Notes: generated from the letters alone by a model not told the origin. Shown: positions 9,665 to 20,207, counted from the stretch's first letter. The stretch: 64,000 bases of DNA from an uncultured bacterium (GCA_950022495.1 CATLLJ010000003.1:12277-76276), one strand, 5' to 3'. Program-made: numbers and translations.

Positions 9665-10009
9665 CTATTCAACCGTTATTAACCCGTAAGTATCTACAGG
9701 CAAGCCTAAATCTTCGGCACTTAAAGTTGTACCGTATTTGATAGTATCAGAAATATCAGTATTGTAATTTATTAAACCTAACGTTGTGCCGCTTGTCATT
9801 AGTAAAAAGAGGGCACAGGCAACTTTGATTTTTGCAAGATTTTTTCTTTTTTCTTTGTAGTAGGGCTTAACTTCTTGCAGTAATTCAGAAACTTTAAGCA
9901 TTTTTTCGTGTTCAAGTCTGCAGTCTTCGCATTCTTGAATATGCTGTTCAAGTTCTTCTTGTGATCTAAATGTAAATAATGCTTCGTATTTTGTGCATTT
10001 TTCTTTCAT
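9665..10009 (-). CDS. putative anti-sigma factor (zf-HC2 motif plus one TM)
   Basis: HIQECEDC fits H-x3-C-x2-C. A single TM (ACALFLLMTSGTTLGLI) is present. The gene abuts the sigma gene at 9664/9665. Confidence 0.55.
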   Translation of the reverse strand: MKEKCTKYEALFTFRSQEELEQHIQECEDCRLEHEKMLKVSELLQEVKPYYKEKRKNLAKIKVACALFLLMTSGTTLGLINYNTDISDTIKYGTTLSAEDLGLPVDTYGLITVE

Positions 10010-10147
10010 TTTGATAACCTCTGTACTTCTTATAACGATTGTAATAAAAAAATGTTCAAATTTTCAATATTTTAGTTAAAATATGTTGCAATTTCTTGCA
10101 CAAACGATTTTTTGATAGTAAAATAATGTTATATGAGGGGAGAATTT

Positions 10148-10252
10148 ATGGAATTTTTCAGAAAACACCAGAAAGCGATTATATTAGTAATTGGATTGTC
10201 TTTTTTTATGTGGACATTCGGGCTGATGTTGTTACCAGTACTTGTAAAATAA
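10148..10252 (+). CDS. 34-aa hydrophobic peptide ORF (not in the track)
   Basis: GAGGGGAG lies 6-7 nt before the ATG. It encodes MEFFRKHQKAIILVIGLSFFMWTFGLMLLPVLVK*. The stop is 1 nt before the M23 peptidase start. Confidence 0.35.
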   Translation: MEFFRKHQKAIILVIGLSFFMWTFGLMLLPVLVK

Positions 10253-10253
10253 T

Positions 10254-11420
10254 GTGAAAATGAAGATAAAAAATATTTTAAAAAATATACTTATATGCTG
10301 GATTTTGATTGGAACTTTAGGAATAGCTGGAGTTTCAGATTGTGCATTTTCAGCACAGCCTACCCTGAGTCAAAAATTAAAACAAACCAATGACAAACGT
10401 AATTATTTCAATCAAAAGAAACGTCAGGCTGATTTAAAACTAAGGTCTGAACGTAATAAATTGAGTAATAATCAGCAAAAATTAGAACACGCCCATCAAG
10501 AATTGCGAGAAACTACAGCAAGATATAATAATTTAATATCTAACTTGAATTCTATGGAAACTCAGTTGAATAACGCGATTGCAGAGTTTAGAGCTATTGA
10601 TGCTGCGATGAAAGAACGTATTCGTCAGGTTTATAAGCACCAGAGAACCGGTATGTTTGAACTTATTCTTTCGGCACGGGATGTTAATACGCTGATGGAT
10701 ATGTTTTATTTTGAAAAAATTATTATTAAAGATGATTATAAAAGAATGCAGGCGGTAAAAGCTAAAGCTGATGAAATTGTTCGTCTGAAAGCTCAGGTTG
10801 AAGAGCAACGCAGATTAGCCGAAGCTTCTATACGTAATATTAAAAATCAAAGAGAAACCATTCAAAGTTCTATTGCTGAAAATAAATCAATGATAGAACG
10901 CTTACAAAAAGATAAATCATATTATGAAAGAACAGAGCGTGAACTTGCTAGACAATCAGCCAGTATTCAGAGTATGATTGCAGGCTTGAGTAAAAAATCA
11001 GGTCAGCCGCAGGTTAAGGTTTCTTCTACAGGATTTATCTGGCCTATAAGAGGTCCGATTACATCACCTTTCGGATATCGTATCCACCCGATATTCAAAA
11101 GTAGAATATTCCATTCCGGTATTGATATCGGCGGACCAAACGGAGGGGCTATTAAAGCTTCTAATGATGGTCGTGTAATATTTTCCGGATGGTATGGAGG
11201 ATATGGAAAAGTTGTAATTCTTGACCATGGTGTTATCAATGGACAGCCAATTACAACATTATATGCACACATGTCTTCAATACTGGTAAGCAATGGTCAA
11301 AATGTGACAAAAGGTCAAACTATAGGAAGAGAAGGTTCTACCGGATATAGTACAGGTCCGCATTGCCACTTTGAAGTCAGAGTTAACGGTAAACCTACAA
11401 ATCCGTTGAGTTATATTTAA
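10254..11420 (+). CDS. M23 family metallopeptidase with N-terminal coiled coil (EnvC-like architecture)
   Basis: Signal/TM segment, a long coiled coil, then the M23 domain with HSGIDIG, GYGKVVILDHG and TGPHCHFEVR (HxxxD and HxH intact). Confidence 0.85.
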   Translation: MKMKIKNILKNILICWILIGTLGIAGVSDCAFSAQPTLSQKLKQTNDKRNYFNQKKRQADLKLRSERNKLSNNQQKLEHAHQELRETTARYNNLISNLNSMETQLNNAIAEFRAIDAAMKERIRQVYKHQRTGMFELILSARDVNTLMDMFYFEKIIIKDDYKRMQAVKAKADEIVRLKAQVEEQRRLAEASIRNIKNQRETIQSSIAENKSMIERLQKDKSYYERTERELARQSASIQSMIAGLSKKSGQPQVKVSSTGFIWPIRGPITSPFGYRIHPIFKSRIFHSGIDIGGPNGGAIKASNDGRVIFSGWYGGYGKVVILDHGVINGQPITTLYAHMSSILVSNGQNVTKGQTIGREGSTGYSTGPHCHFEVRVNGKPTNPLSYI

Positions 11421-11440
11421 GCGTATTATAGGGATTAGTT

Positions 11441-13693
11441 ATGAAAAGATACTTATTAGCAGCACTTTTAATATTAACATTTTCAAATATATCGTATGGT
11501 GAAGAAATACAAGATTCACCGGTTTCTAATGTGTCCGATGTTATTTTTAGATCTTCATTGACGGATATCATCCCTGAAGTTTCGGATGAGTATTCTGAAT
11601 ATAGATATTCTTTTGATTCGGATAGAACTTATAAAGAAATCGACCCTAATAATATGCCGTTTTTTAAACAAATGAGATTGACGGTTTCCAATAAAGTTCT
11701 TGAAGCTCAAGCAAAGAGAGACTCTCAAGATTATGTTCCGGTGTCTCAAAGAATTAAAAATATCTGGAATAGAAAAAAATCAGGTCAGTCTGTGGATACT
11801 CCGGAATTTGTTGAACCTACAAATGATTTAACTTCTGTTCTTCAGTCTGAAACCTCTTCTGAAATTCCGAATGAAGTTTTGGCACTTGAAGGCGGCATTA
11901 ATGAACAGGTTACAGAAAAACAATTAATTCTTGATTCTGATAATATCAACTTTGATGACGAAACCGGTGATATGATTGCAACAGGGCGTCCTATTTTAAA
12001 CTTGCCGCCTCAGAATATTAAAGTTATTGCAGATAAAATGGTTTATAACGAAGAATCCAATATCTTAAAAGGTATTGGCAATGTTATTGTAATTAAGGAT
12101 GGTATGGTTACAAGAGGGGATTATCTTGAAGTTGATATGAATGAAGAAACTGTTGTTATGGATAATCTTGATACTTTGTCTACCGCAATGAATTTAAAAG
12201 CTGCAAAAGGTATTCAAAAAGACGGATTACTTATTTTGCACAACGGTAATTTCTATTCTGATGAATCAAGTATTCACAGAATTCAATCAAGAATGATTGG
12301 ACCAAGATTCCAAAATATGCTTATTGATGAAGATGACAAATCTTTATTCTTCGGCGACCCGACAGGAAACAGAATTACAATTGATATCGGTTCTTTATAT
12401 GTGGAAGCCAGAAAAAATCATGAAGTTATCAAGGCAAAAGATATAAAAGTTTACCGTAAAGATAAATTCTGGTTTAAATGGCCTAGCTTTACCGCATACA
12501 CAAATAAAGACAGAGATTACTTTGAAGCTAATTATCCGGAATTCGGTACAAAACGAAGATTAGGTATGTTTATCGGTCCCGGTTTTGTATTTGGCGGACC
12601 TGGCGGTTCTGTTATTAAGGCAATTCCTTTCTTGAACTATAATCATAAGTTCGGGTTTGGTGGAGCTTTAAAATATTTAAATACATATAACCGTACAGAA
12701 CTCGGATATGGTTCTGCTAATGACCTGTTCTTTATGAAAGGTATTCAGAGATTGGATGATAATTTATTCTTACAATACGCTGCAAATACCTACATGGATG
12801 AATGGTTTTTAGGACACAGAATGCCTAAATATATGGCTGAAGTATATTTTGATAAAAGATATAAAAATAAAGACTTCTTAGCACCTGGCATGAATTTACA
12901 ATTCCGTCATAGAGCTGGTTTTGGTATTATGGAAGATAATGACAGAAACTTCTACGGCGAAAAAATTAATTCTACAGGTATTGCTACTACAAGATTAAGA
13001 TATATGGCAGAAATTAGACAGTCTTTTTACAGTTATGTAAATGAAGAAAAACGACTTGCTTTTGATGTAAGTATGGCAATGCAGGGTTCTGCTGCATTAT
13101 ATGGTACCGGAGATACTCAATTTATTGCCAGATTTGGTCCGAGAGCTCACATGCAATATAAAAATTGGATGCAAGATATTGGATATTTCATTGCAGGTTA
13201 TTCTGATGATACTCCTGTTCCGAGATACGACAGATACAGATACGGTCACCAGAGTGTATATTTGACAGAAGCTTTTAGAATTAATAAATACCTGTCAGTT
13301 GGCTGGTCTGGTAATATTAACCTTTCTGATGATGCTCCAAACGGAAAAATGTTTCAAGAAAACCGCTTCTTAGTTGCATTTGGACCTGATGATTTAAAAA
13401 TTACTCTAGGGTATGACTTTGTAAGACAAACAACTTACTTTGGCTTTAATGTAGCATTTGATTCAAAAGGTACCACTATTAATTATGGTAAAATGGAAAT
13501 AAAAAATCCTGAAAGATTGGGCAAACGAGAAAAAGCTGATGAAAGAAAATTAGCATTTTCATCATCTAAACAGCAGGATAGCAGTGAAGTGAATGTTTCA
13601 AATAAGAAAAGTAAATCTACAGTACAAGCTAAAGATTTAGAATATGCTCAGGTTATTGAAATCGAAGATCCGGATAAGGAAACTGTACAGTAA
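11441..13693 (+). CDS. LptD/OstA-like outer-membrane protein
   Basis: Signal peptide. OstA-like N-terminal segment (LILDSDNINFDDETGDMIATG...ADKMVYNEESNILKGIGNVIV...GDYLEVDM). The C-terminal region is long, rich in aromatic residues and Gly, and barrel-like. It lies next to lpxI and lpxB. Confidence 0.5.
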   Translation: MKRYLLAALLILTFSNISYGEEIQDSPVSNVSDVIFRSSLTDIIPEVSDEYSEYRYSFDSDRTYKEIDPNNMPFFKQMRLTVSNKVLEAQAKRDSQDYVPVSQRIKNIWNRKKSGQSVDTPEFVEPTNDLTSVLQSETSSEIPNEVLALEGGINEQVTEKQLILDSDNINFDDETGDMIATGRPILNLPPQNIKVIADKMVYNEESNILKGIGNVIVIKDGMVTRGDYLEVDMNEETVVMDNLDTLSTAMNLKAAKGIQKDGLLILHNGNFYSDESSIHRIQSRMIGPRFQNMLIDEDDKSLFFGDPTGNRITIDIGSLYVEARKNHEVIKAKDIKVYRKDKFWFKWPSFTAYTNKDRDYFEANYPEFGTKRRLGMFIGPGFVFGGPGGSVIKAIPFLNYNHKFGFGGALKYLNTYNRTELGYGSANDLFFMKGIQRLDDNLFLQYAANTYMDEWFLGHRMPKYMAEVYFDKRYKNKDFLAPGMNLQFRHRAGFGIMEDNDRNFYGEKINSTGIATTRLRYMAEIRQSFYSYVNEEKRLAFDVSMAMQGSAALYGTGDTQFIARFGPRAHMQYKNWMQDIGYFIAGYSDDTPVPRYDRYRYGHQSVYLTEAFRINKYLSVGWSGNINLSDDAPNGKMFQENRFLVAFGPDDLKITLGYDFVRQTTYFGFNVAFDSKGTTINYGKMEIKNPERLGKREKADERKLAFSSSKQQDSSEVNVSNKKSKSTVQAKDLEYAQVIEIEDPDKETVQ

Positions 13694-13695
13694 AT

Positions 13696-14313
13696 ATGTT
13701 AGATAAATTAAAAAAAGAATTAATTGAATATGGAAAACTTGCAGGTGTGAAAAATTTTACACCCGGTTTTTCAGGCAATTTATCAGCACGATTTGGTGAT
13801 AAATATTTAATAACAGCTACCGGTTCTGCTAACGGCTATTTGGAAGAGTCTGATTTATCACTTATTGATGATAATGGAAATTTAGCAGAAGGTGAAAAAA
13901 AACCTTCCAGCGAAAAAATGCTGCATGTTAAATTTTATCAGGAAAGACCTGATATAAATTATATTTTTCATGTTCATTCGCCGTATTTAACAGCTTTTGC
14001 TGCTTCTGGTCGGTCAATGGATGAAAATGTCTTGGCAGAAATCGTTTACTGTTTCGGAAAAATTCCGCTTGCAAAGTACGCACTGCCTGGTTCTAAAGAC
14101 TTGGTTGATAATACGTCAATTTATTTTAAAGACTATGATGTGATTTTATTAGAAAACCATGGTGTAATTGTTGGCGGTAAAGATATTAAAGAAACATATT
14201 TGAAGCTGGAATTATGTGAAGCTTATGCTCAAACATTAATATGTTCAAATCTTCTTGGTGGTGCTAAAATAATACCTGAAGAAGAAGTTAAAAAGATTTA
14301 TTCATTAAGATAA
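13696..14313 (+). CDS. class II aldolase/adducin family protein
   Basis: 205 aa with SGNLSAR, PSSEKMLH, HVHSPY and ENHGV blocks. Confidence 0.7.
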   Translation: MLDKLKKELIEYGKLAGVKNFTPGFSGNLSARFGDKYLITATGSANGYLEESDLSLIDDNGNLAEGEKKPSSEKMLHVKFYQERPDINYIFHVHSPYLTAFAASGRSMDENVLAEIVYCFGKIPLAKYALPGSKDLVDNTSIYFKDYDVILLENHGVIVGGKDIKETYLKLELCEAYAQTLICSNLLGGAKIIPEEEVKKIYSLR

Positions 14314-14331
14314 GTAAAAGAGGAAATAATA

Positions 14332-15147
14332 GTGACAATAACATTAGAAAATAAACAGGGATTGATAGCCGGCGATGGTATTTTACCTATTAAAATGGCT
14401 CAGTATGCGAAAGAAAACGGATTTGAAGTTATTTGTATATCTTTGGCAAAAGATAATGTTAGAGAATTGAAAAAATACTGTTCAAAAGTTTTTTGCTGTC
14501 ATCCCGGTGAAGTTAACAGAATAGAAAGTATATTAAAAGAAGAAGAAGTTAAACAATTAACCTTCTTAGGTAAAGTTCATAAAAAAGTTTTACTTCAATT
14601 ACATAAATTTGATAAAAGAGCTGTAGATTTAATTAAAGAAGCTGCCCGCTTAAATGATGATCAAGTTATGTTGATGATTGTGAAAGAATTAGAAAAAATC
14701 GGCATTGAAGTTTTAGACCAGACTATTTTTATAAAGAATTTAATGATTCCAGCCGGAGTTTTAGGGGTTCACAAACCTACAGATGCTCAGATGGAAGATG
14801 TAAATTATGGTTTCTGGTTAGCAAAAGAAATGGGTAAATTGGATGTCGGTCAGTCTGTAGTAATTAAAGATAAAATGATTATGGCAGTTGAAGCTATTGA
14901 AGGTACTGATGTTTGTATAAAACGCGGTGCTAAGTTGGCAAAAGAAGGAGCTGTAATTGTTAAAGTTGCTAAGCCTAAGCAGGATAAAAGATTTGATATT
15001 CCGGCTATTGGTATGAGAACTCTTAGAACAATGAGTCATAAACATGCAGGATTAATTGCTGTAGAAGCAAATGAAACTATTATTGTTGATCAAGAAAAAG
15101 TTGTAAAATATGCTGATGAACATAATATTGTAATAATGGCGGTATAG
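14332..15147 (+). CDS. lpxI: UDP-2,3-diacylglucosamine diphosphatase LpxI (DUF1009)
   Basis: GLIAGDGILPI and GQSVVIKDKMIMAVEAIEGTD..I.RG blocks. It lies directly upstream of lpxB. The start codon is GTG. Confidence 0.7.
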   Translation: MTITLENKQGLIAGDGILPIKMAQYAKENGFEVICISLAKDNVRELKKYCSKVFCCHPGEVNRIESILKEEEVKQLTFLGKVHKKVLLQLHKFDKRAVDLIKEAARLNDDQVMLMIVKELEKIGIEVLDQTIFIKNLMIPAGVLGVHKPTDAQMEDVNYGFWLAKEMGKLDVGQSVVIKDKMIMAVEAIEGTDVCIKRGAKLAKEGAVIVKVAKPKQDKRFDIPAIGMRTLRTMSHKHAGLIAVEANETIIVDQEKVVKYADEHNIVIMAV

Positions 15148-15152
15148 TTTAG

Positions 15153-16277
15153 ATGAAAAAGATATTTATAATAACTGGAGAATATTCAGGAGACATTCAC
15201 GCTTCAAAAGTAGTCAAAGAACTTCATGCCCTCGGTTCTGATGTCGAAATTGAAGGTATCGGGGGGCTTAATCTAGAAGCTCAGGGGGTTAAACTTTTTG
15301 CAAATCAAGAAAAAATGTCTGCTGTCGGACTTTCTCCAAAAATTATTATCGACCATTATAAACTTGGAAAATCTCTTGTTGACTATTTAAAAAATGATTA
15401 TAAACCGGATTTAGTTTTATTGATTGATTATGGTGCTTTTAACCTTTCAATTGCAAGATTTTTGAAAAAAGCCGGAATAAAAGTTTTTTATTATATTCCG
15501 CCTCAAGTCTGGGCTAGCAGAAAATATAGAATTAAACTTATCAAAAAATTTGTTGATAAGGTTCTCTGTATTTTTCCATTTGAAAAACCTTTGTATGCTC
15601 AATATGGAATTGATACACATTACTGCGGGCATCCGCTGGTTTCGCAGCTTCCGCCGCCTGCGGGCAGACGAGAATTTTTTAGAAAACATGATTTGGATGT
15701 TGAGAAAAAATTAGTATCTGTATTTCCGGGTTCAAGAGAGTTTGAGTTGAAGCATCTTATGCCCGTATTTAAAGAAACTGTCAGACGTTTAAAAGAAAGA
15801 CATCCTGATTTACAATTCTGTATGTCTCATGCTCCTAATTTGTCTGATGATGTTTATAAAAAATATCTCGGAGACACTGATATAAAAGTAATTAAGGGTG
15901 AAAATCAGGCCCTATTAAGCGTTTCTGATGCTTTGATATTAGCATCAGGTACTGTAGCTTTAGAAGCCTGCCTGTATAAAACTCCGATGATTATTGCATA
16001 TAGAGGGCCTCAATTCTTTTACTGGGTTTATTTACTTGTCAGATGTATTAAGAGAGTTTCATTGCCAAATATTATTGCTGATAAACCTATTGTTCCTGAA
16101 ATTATCCAGAATGATGTTAAACCTCTAAATATTACTTATGAAATAGAAGAACTTTTGTATAATAAAGAAAAAAGAGAGTACGCAGTAAGTGAATTAGGTA
16201 AAGTTAAAGAACTGCTTTCCGATAAAAATTCAGCCTTAGAAGTTGCAAAAGTTATTGATACCGAATTATTTTCGTAA
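15153..16277 (+). CDS. lpxB: lipid-A-disaccharide synthase
   Basis: KIFIITGEYSGDIHASKVVKEL, YYIPPQVWASRKYR and GTVALE blocks. Confidence 0.85.
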   Translation: MKKIFIITGEYSGDIHASKVVKELHALGSDVEIEGIGGLNLEAQGVKLFANQEKMSAVGLSPKIIIDHYKLGKSLVDYLKNDYKPDLVLLIDYGAFNLSIARFLKKAGIKVFYYIPPQVWASRKYRIKLIKKFVDKVLCIFPFEKPLYAQYGIDTHYCGHPLVSQLPPPAGRREFFRKHDLDVEKKLVSVFPGSREFELKHLMPVFKETVRRLKERHPDLQFCMSHAPNLSDDVYKKYLGDTDIKVIKGENQALLSVSDALILASGTVALEACLYKTPMIIAYRGPQFFYWVYLLVRCIKRVSLPNIIADKPIVPEIIQNDVKPLNITYEIEELLYNKEKREYAVSELGKVKELLSDKNSALEVAKVIDTELFS

Positions 16278-16336
16278 TATTACTTCATAAATAATCCACA
16301 ATAGGCAATTTTCAATGTTTAGGAGCTTTTGAATTT

Positions 16337-18037
16337 TTGAAGGCCAGTGATTATATGATTAATTCTATTTCTATTCCAGAAAATCGTAATAAAAATATAT
16401 TTAATGATATTTCTGTTCAATCTCAAAATCAGAAATACTGGCTGCTTTCTAATGAAAATAAATATAAAGTTTCTGAAAAAGATATAATCAATGGCAATAA
16501 TTTTAATCCGTACTGGGTCTTAAATCCTGATGAAGCGAGAAAAACTAATAACTTTAAAATCATAGGCTTATCTATTGCAGGTGCAACTCTTTTGTCTGCT
16601 GCCACAATATTCTTCCTGTTAAAAGGCGGTCCTAAAGGGATGGCTAAAAATTTTGAAAAGTTACGGGACAACTTGGAGAAAAGAGTTCAAAAGGCAAAGT
16701 TGAATAACATGTCTGATACTCCTGTAAATAGAGCATATATTTTTATGATTAGACACTTGGATAAAGTTGTTAAAAAAAGTTCAGCTGTTAATAATTTTAC
16801 TTCTATTAAGGATATGTTATTCCGCAAAATTATGTTTGTAACACCTTATACCGGCAAAATTCACGATGGTATAACAAGAATGTTTGAAAAAATCGGGCGT
16901 CAAGCTGTTGTGAATTCATATAAAGCTGTCGGAAAAGCTTCTACAACAAGAAAACGTTCAGTATCAGAAATTGCTAGTAAAATTTTATTAAATGAACCAA
17001 ATGAAAATTTAACGATTAATGGTGTAACTAAAACAAAAGTTCAGTGGTTAAATCACTTAACAGCAATGAATGATGATATAGATGCCACTTATTTACAAAA
17101 TTTTGGTCAAAGTTCTTTAAATGCCCGTTATATGCGTATGAAAAAGGCTGCACAAAATGTTCGTGATTATTTTAATAAGATGAAAAACTTTATATCCGGC
17201 GATTTATTAAATAAATTTATGGCTGATTCTGAACTGGCAAAAGAAAGAGTATTTCTTCAAAAGAGAGTAAAAATGCATAGAAATAAATTATCATACTCGG
17301 TAGAAGATTTAGGTGTTGATTTTGAAAATAAAATCATTGAAATGACTAAATCAATCGGGCATAAAGATATTAAACAAATTAATATGCTTAGAAACGTTAG
17401 GCGAAGCATTGGTGAATTTGTACAGAGCGGCGGAAATGATTTAAATTTGAAAAATGAAGTATTAAAGGCTATTAATGATTTTAGAGCCGAAGTATTAAAA
17501 TCTGTGGCTGCAAAAAATATAGATGAAAAAACTGCTCAAAGTTTACTAAATAGTGCAAATGCTTTATCTGAATCTTTATCCTCATTTAAGCAGGGCAAAG
17601 TTCAAGATATTTTAGATTTGTATCAAAAACTATTGTCAAAAGAAGATTTTGAATTGGTTAAAAAAGCATATTCTGAAAATATTAAAACTCTGGATAAAGC
17701 TATAACAGTTGAAACTGATGACTTTTTAAATAAAGTAAGAGATTTATATTTAGGTTCTGCTCCAACTGATATTTTAACAATTCTTGGTTCTTTAGCAACT
17801 TTAGGCTACCATCTTGGAAAGTCTGACAATAATGAACAAAGAGTTTCAATATCATTGAAATACGGTATTCCGGCACTCAGCGGTGTTGCAACTTCATTGT
17901 ACTTTAATGCGAAGTTATTTGCTGGTTCAAAAGCTTTATTATGCGGTGCAGCTTCAGTGTTTGTGGTTAACAGAATTGGTACCTGGGCTGATAATATGTT
18001 TAAAAAACATAATGAAAAGAAACGGGCTCAAGTATAA
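16337..18037 (+). CDS. hypothetical membrane protein with a long helical middle region
   Basis: 566 aa with one TM near residue 80, a long charged helical region and 2-3 C-terminal TMs. The start is uncertain (TTG 16337 or ATG 16355). Confidence 0.5.
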   Translation: MKASDYMINSISIPENRNKNIFNDISVQSQNQKYWLLSNENKYKVSEKDIINGNNFNPYWVLNPDEARKTNNFKIIGLSIAGATLLSAATIFFLLKGGPKGMAKNFEKLRDNLEKRVQKAKLNNMSDTPVNRAYIFMIRHLDKVVKKSSAVNNFTSIKDMLFRKIMFVTPYTGKIHDGITRMFEKIGRQAVVNSYKAVGKASTTRKRSVSEIASKILLNEPNENLTINGVTKTKVQWLNHLTAMNDDIDATYLQNFGQSSLNARYMRMKKAAQNVRDYFNKMKNFISGDLLNKFMADSELAKERVFLQKRVKMHRNKLSYSVEDLGVDFENKIIEMTKSIGHKDIKQINMLRNVRRSIGEFVQSGGNDLNLKNEVLKAINDFRAEVLKSVAAKNIDEKTAQSLLNSANALSESLSSFKQGKVQDILDLYQKLLSKEDFELVKKAYSENIKTLDKAITVETDDFLNKVRDLYLGSAPTDILTILGSLATLGYHLGKSDNNEQRVSISLKYGIPALSGVATSLYFNAKLFAGSKALLCGAASVFVVNRIGTWADNMFKKHNEKKRAQV

Positions 18038-18108
18038 CAGAATAAAAATTTTTGTTGGACTGAAAGCCAAACCTGCTAAACTATACACGAGATGTGATAA
18101 ATACTGTC

Positions 18109-18164
18109 ATGCTGAACTTGTTTCAGCATCTAATATATAGGAGACCCTGAAACGAGTTCAGGGT
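18109..18164. repeat. pair of related GC-rich hairpins in opposite orientation (REP-like or terminator-like)
   Basis: ATGCTGAA-cttgt-TTCAGCAT (18109-18129) and ACCCTGAA-acgag-TTCAGGGT (18144-18164). The reverse complement of the first (GATGCTGAAACAAGTTCAGCATGAC) aligns with the second (GACCCTGAAACGAGTTCAGGGTGAC). Confidence 0.7.
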
Positions 18165-18265
18165 GACATTTTATTATCTTTTATCGTGTAAATTTGTATA
18201 TATCCTCTAAAAATAGTATAGTTTAATTTTTGTTATTTGTTAAAATTTCAATGAAGGGGAGAATT

Positions 18266-19288
18266 ATGACCACATTAACTATAAGAGAAAAACTTGAAAA
18301 GCGAGAATATGATTATTTAAGTGAGTTTGCTGCAAAAGCAGGAGATACTGCTGGCAGAAAAGTTGCGGAAGAAAAATCCGATTTGCGGACTGATTTTCAG
18401 CGAGATAGAGATAGAATTTTGCATTCAAAAGCCTTTAGGCGTTTAAAACATAAAACACAGGTGTTTTTATCACCTTTTGATGACCATTTTAGAACACGTT
18501 TGACACATACTCTAGAGGTCTCTCAAATCGGCAGAACTATTGCAAGAGCACTGGATTTGAATGAAGATTTGGTGGAAGCAATATCACTCGGACACGATTT
18601 GGGACACACACCATTTGGTCACTGCGGTGAAGGTGTGTTAAATGAACTTGTAGAAGGCGGATTTCATCATAATTTGCAAAGTGTACGTGTTGTTGAAGTT
18701 CTGGAAGATTTAAATCTTTGTAAGGAAACTATTGATGGTATAAGAACTCATACTTGGGGCTTTGAACCAACAACTGCCGAAGGTAAAGTTGTTCAAATTG
18801 CCGATAAGATTGCGTATATTAATCATGATATCGAAGATTCAATTAGAGCCGGTGTTATATCTGAAAGTGATTTACCTAAGGATTGTATTGAATACTTTTC
18901 ATCTGACCAGAGCAAGCGGTTAAATAAAATGATTCATGAGGTTGTGAATAATTCTATAGGCAAGCCCAATATAGCAATGAGTGAAGAAGCATGGGGTTAT
19001 ACAACCAAACTTCGTGATTGGATGTTTCATAATGTTTATATTGATTCTCCGGCAAAACTTGAAGAAAAAAAGGCTCGCCGTGTTATTGAAGAACTTTTTT
19101 ATCTCTACGTTGATATGTTAAAACCAATGTGTCCGCAGGAAAAAATTGTACGTATCGTTACTGATTATATTTCAGGTATGACTGATAGATATGCAGTTGA
19201 ACGGTTCAAAGAAAATTTTATTCCAAAAGGCATAAAATGCGGTGCAAGAGAAGATTATTTATTTAAACTTGCAAAAATTATAGATTGA
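18266..19288 (+). CDS. dgt: dGTPase-like deoxynucleoside triphosphate triphosphohydrolase (HD domain)
   Basis: [35 protein letters not shown] and [12 protein letters not shown] blocks. The start is taken at the ATG at 18266, after GAAGGGGAG. Confidence 0.85.
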   Translation: MTTLTIREKLEKREYDYLSEFAAKAGDTAGRKVAEEKSDLRTDFQRDRDRILHSKAFRRLKHKTQVFLSPFDDHFRTRLTHTLEVSQIGRTIARALDLNEDLVEAISLGHDLGHTPFGHCGEGVLNELVEGGFHHNLQSVRVVEVLEDLNLCKETIDGIRTHTWGFEPTTAEGKVVQIADKIAYINHDIEDSIRAGVISESDLPKDCIEYFSSDQSKRLNKMIHEVVNNSIGKPNIAMSEEAWGYTTKLRDWMFHNVYIDSPAKLEEKKARRVIEELFYLYVDMLKPMCPQEKIVRIVTDYISGMTDRYAVERFKENFIPKGIKCGAREDYLFKLAKIID

Positions 19289-19319
19289 TAATCTCAAAAA
19301 TAAGAGTATAATCAAATTT

Positions 19320-20189
19320 ATGGACATACAGCTTTTGTCAGAATATCTGGAATATATTGAAGTAGAAAAAGGACTTTCTCTAAATACTGTTGATGCGTAT
19401 CGTCGTGATTTGACAGAATTTATTGATTTTTGTGCTTCAAATGGAGCCGGTGATATTGTAGATATTAACAGGAACCATTTAAATTCATATATTTTGAGTT
19501 TACGAGAAGGTAATTTAAATCCTCGTAGTGTCGTAAGAAAAATTGCTTCCTTACGCGGATTTTTTAAGTGGTTGTGTGCGAATGAATATATTTCAACTAA
19601 TCCAACACTTACGCTTGAACAGCCTAAACTGCCTAAAAAATTACCGAAGGTTATTTCAGTAGATGAAATAACTGAAATTCTTAATTTTGATTTGAATAAA
19701 GAAGAAGCTTTAATTGTGGAATTATTGTACGGATGCGGACTTCGGGTATCTGAACTTGTGAATTTAAAATTAAGTAATATCGATTTGAAATCAAAATATA
19801 TCCAGTGTTACGGCAAAGGCTCAAAAGAACGGGTTGTTCCGTTTGGCAAAAAAGCCAAAGTTGCATTGGAAAAATATTTAAAATATCGGGATTTGATTAT
19901 CTTACAGAATAAACTTTCTGACACTAAGATTTTATTATTAAAATCTGATGGTAAATCTGTTACAAGGCAGGATGTTTATAATTTTATTAGAAGTCTGGGG
20001 GAGAAAATCCATAAACATATTTCGCCTCATACTTTGCGGCATAGTTTTGCTACACATTTATTAGAAAACGGTGCTGATTTAAGGGTTGTGCAGGAACTGC
20101 TGGGGCACAGTGATGTTGCAACAACTCAGTTATATACGCATATTACGAAGAAACGACTAAAAGAGGTTTATTTTGCAATAAATAAATAG
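19320..20189 (+). CDS. xerD: site-specific tyrosine recombinase, XerD-like
   Basis: [13 protein letters not shown] near the N-terminus. The C-terminus reads [38 protein letters not shown] (R..HxxR..Y catalytic set). The LGHSD..TTQ.YTH block resembles XerD more than XerC. Confidence 0.7.
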   Translation: MDIQLLSEYLEYIEVEKGLSLNTVDAYRRDLTEFIDFCASNGAGDIVDINRNHLNSYILSLREGNLNPRSVVRKIASLRGFFKWLCANEYISTNPTLTLEQPKLPKKLPKVISVDEITEILNFDLNKEEALIVELLYGCGLRVSELVNLKLSNIDLKSKYIQCYGKGSKERVVPFGKKAKVALEKYLKYRDLIILQNKLSDTKILLLKSDGKSVTRQDVYNFIRSLGEKIHKHISPHTLRHSFATHLLENGADLRVVQELLGHSDVATTQLYTHITKKRLKEVYFAINK

Positions 20190-20207
20190 TCGTGATAAGA
20201 TGAAATT

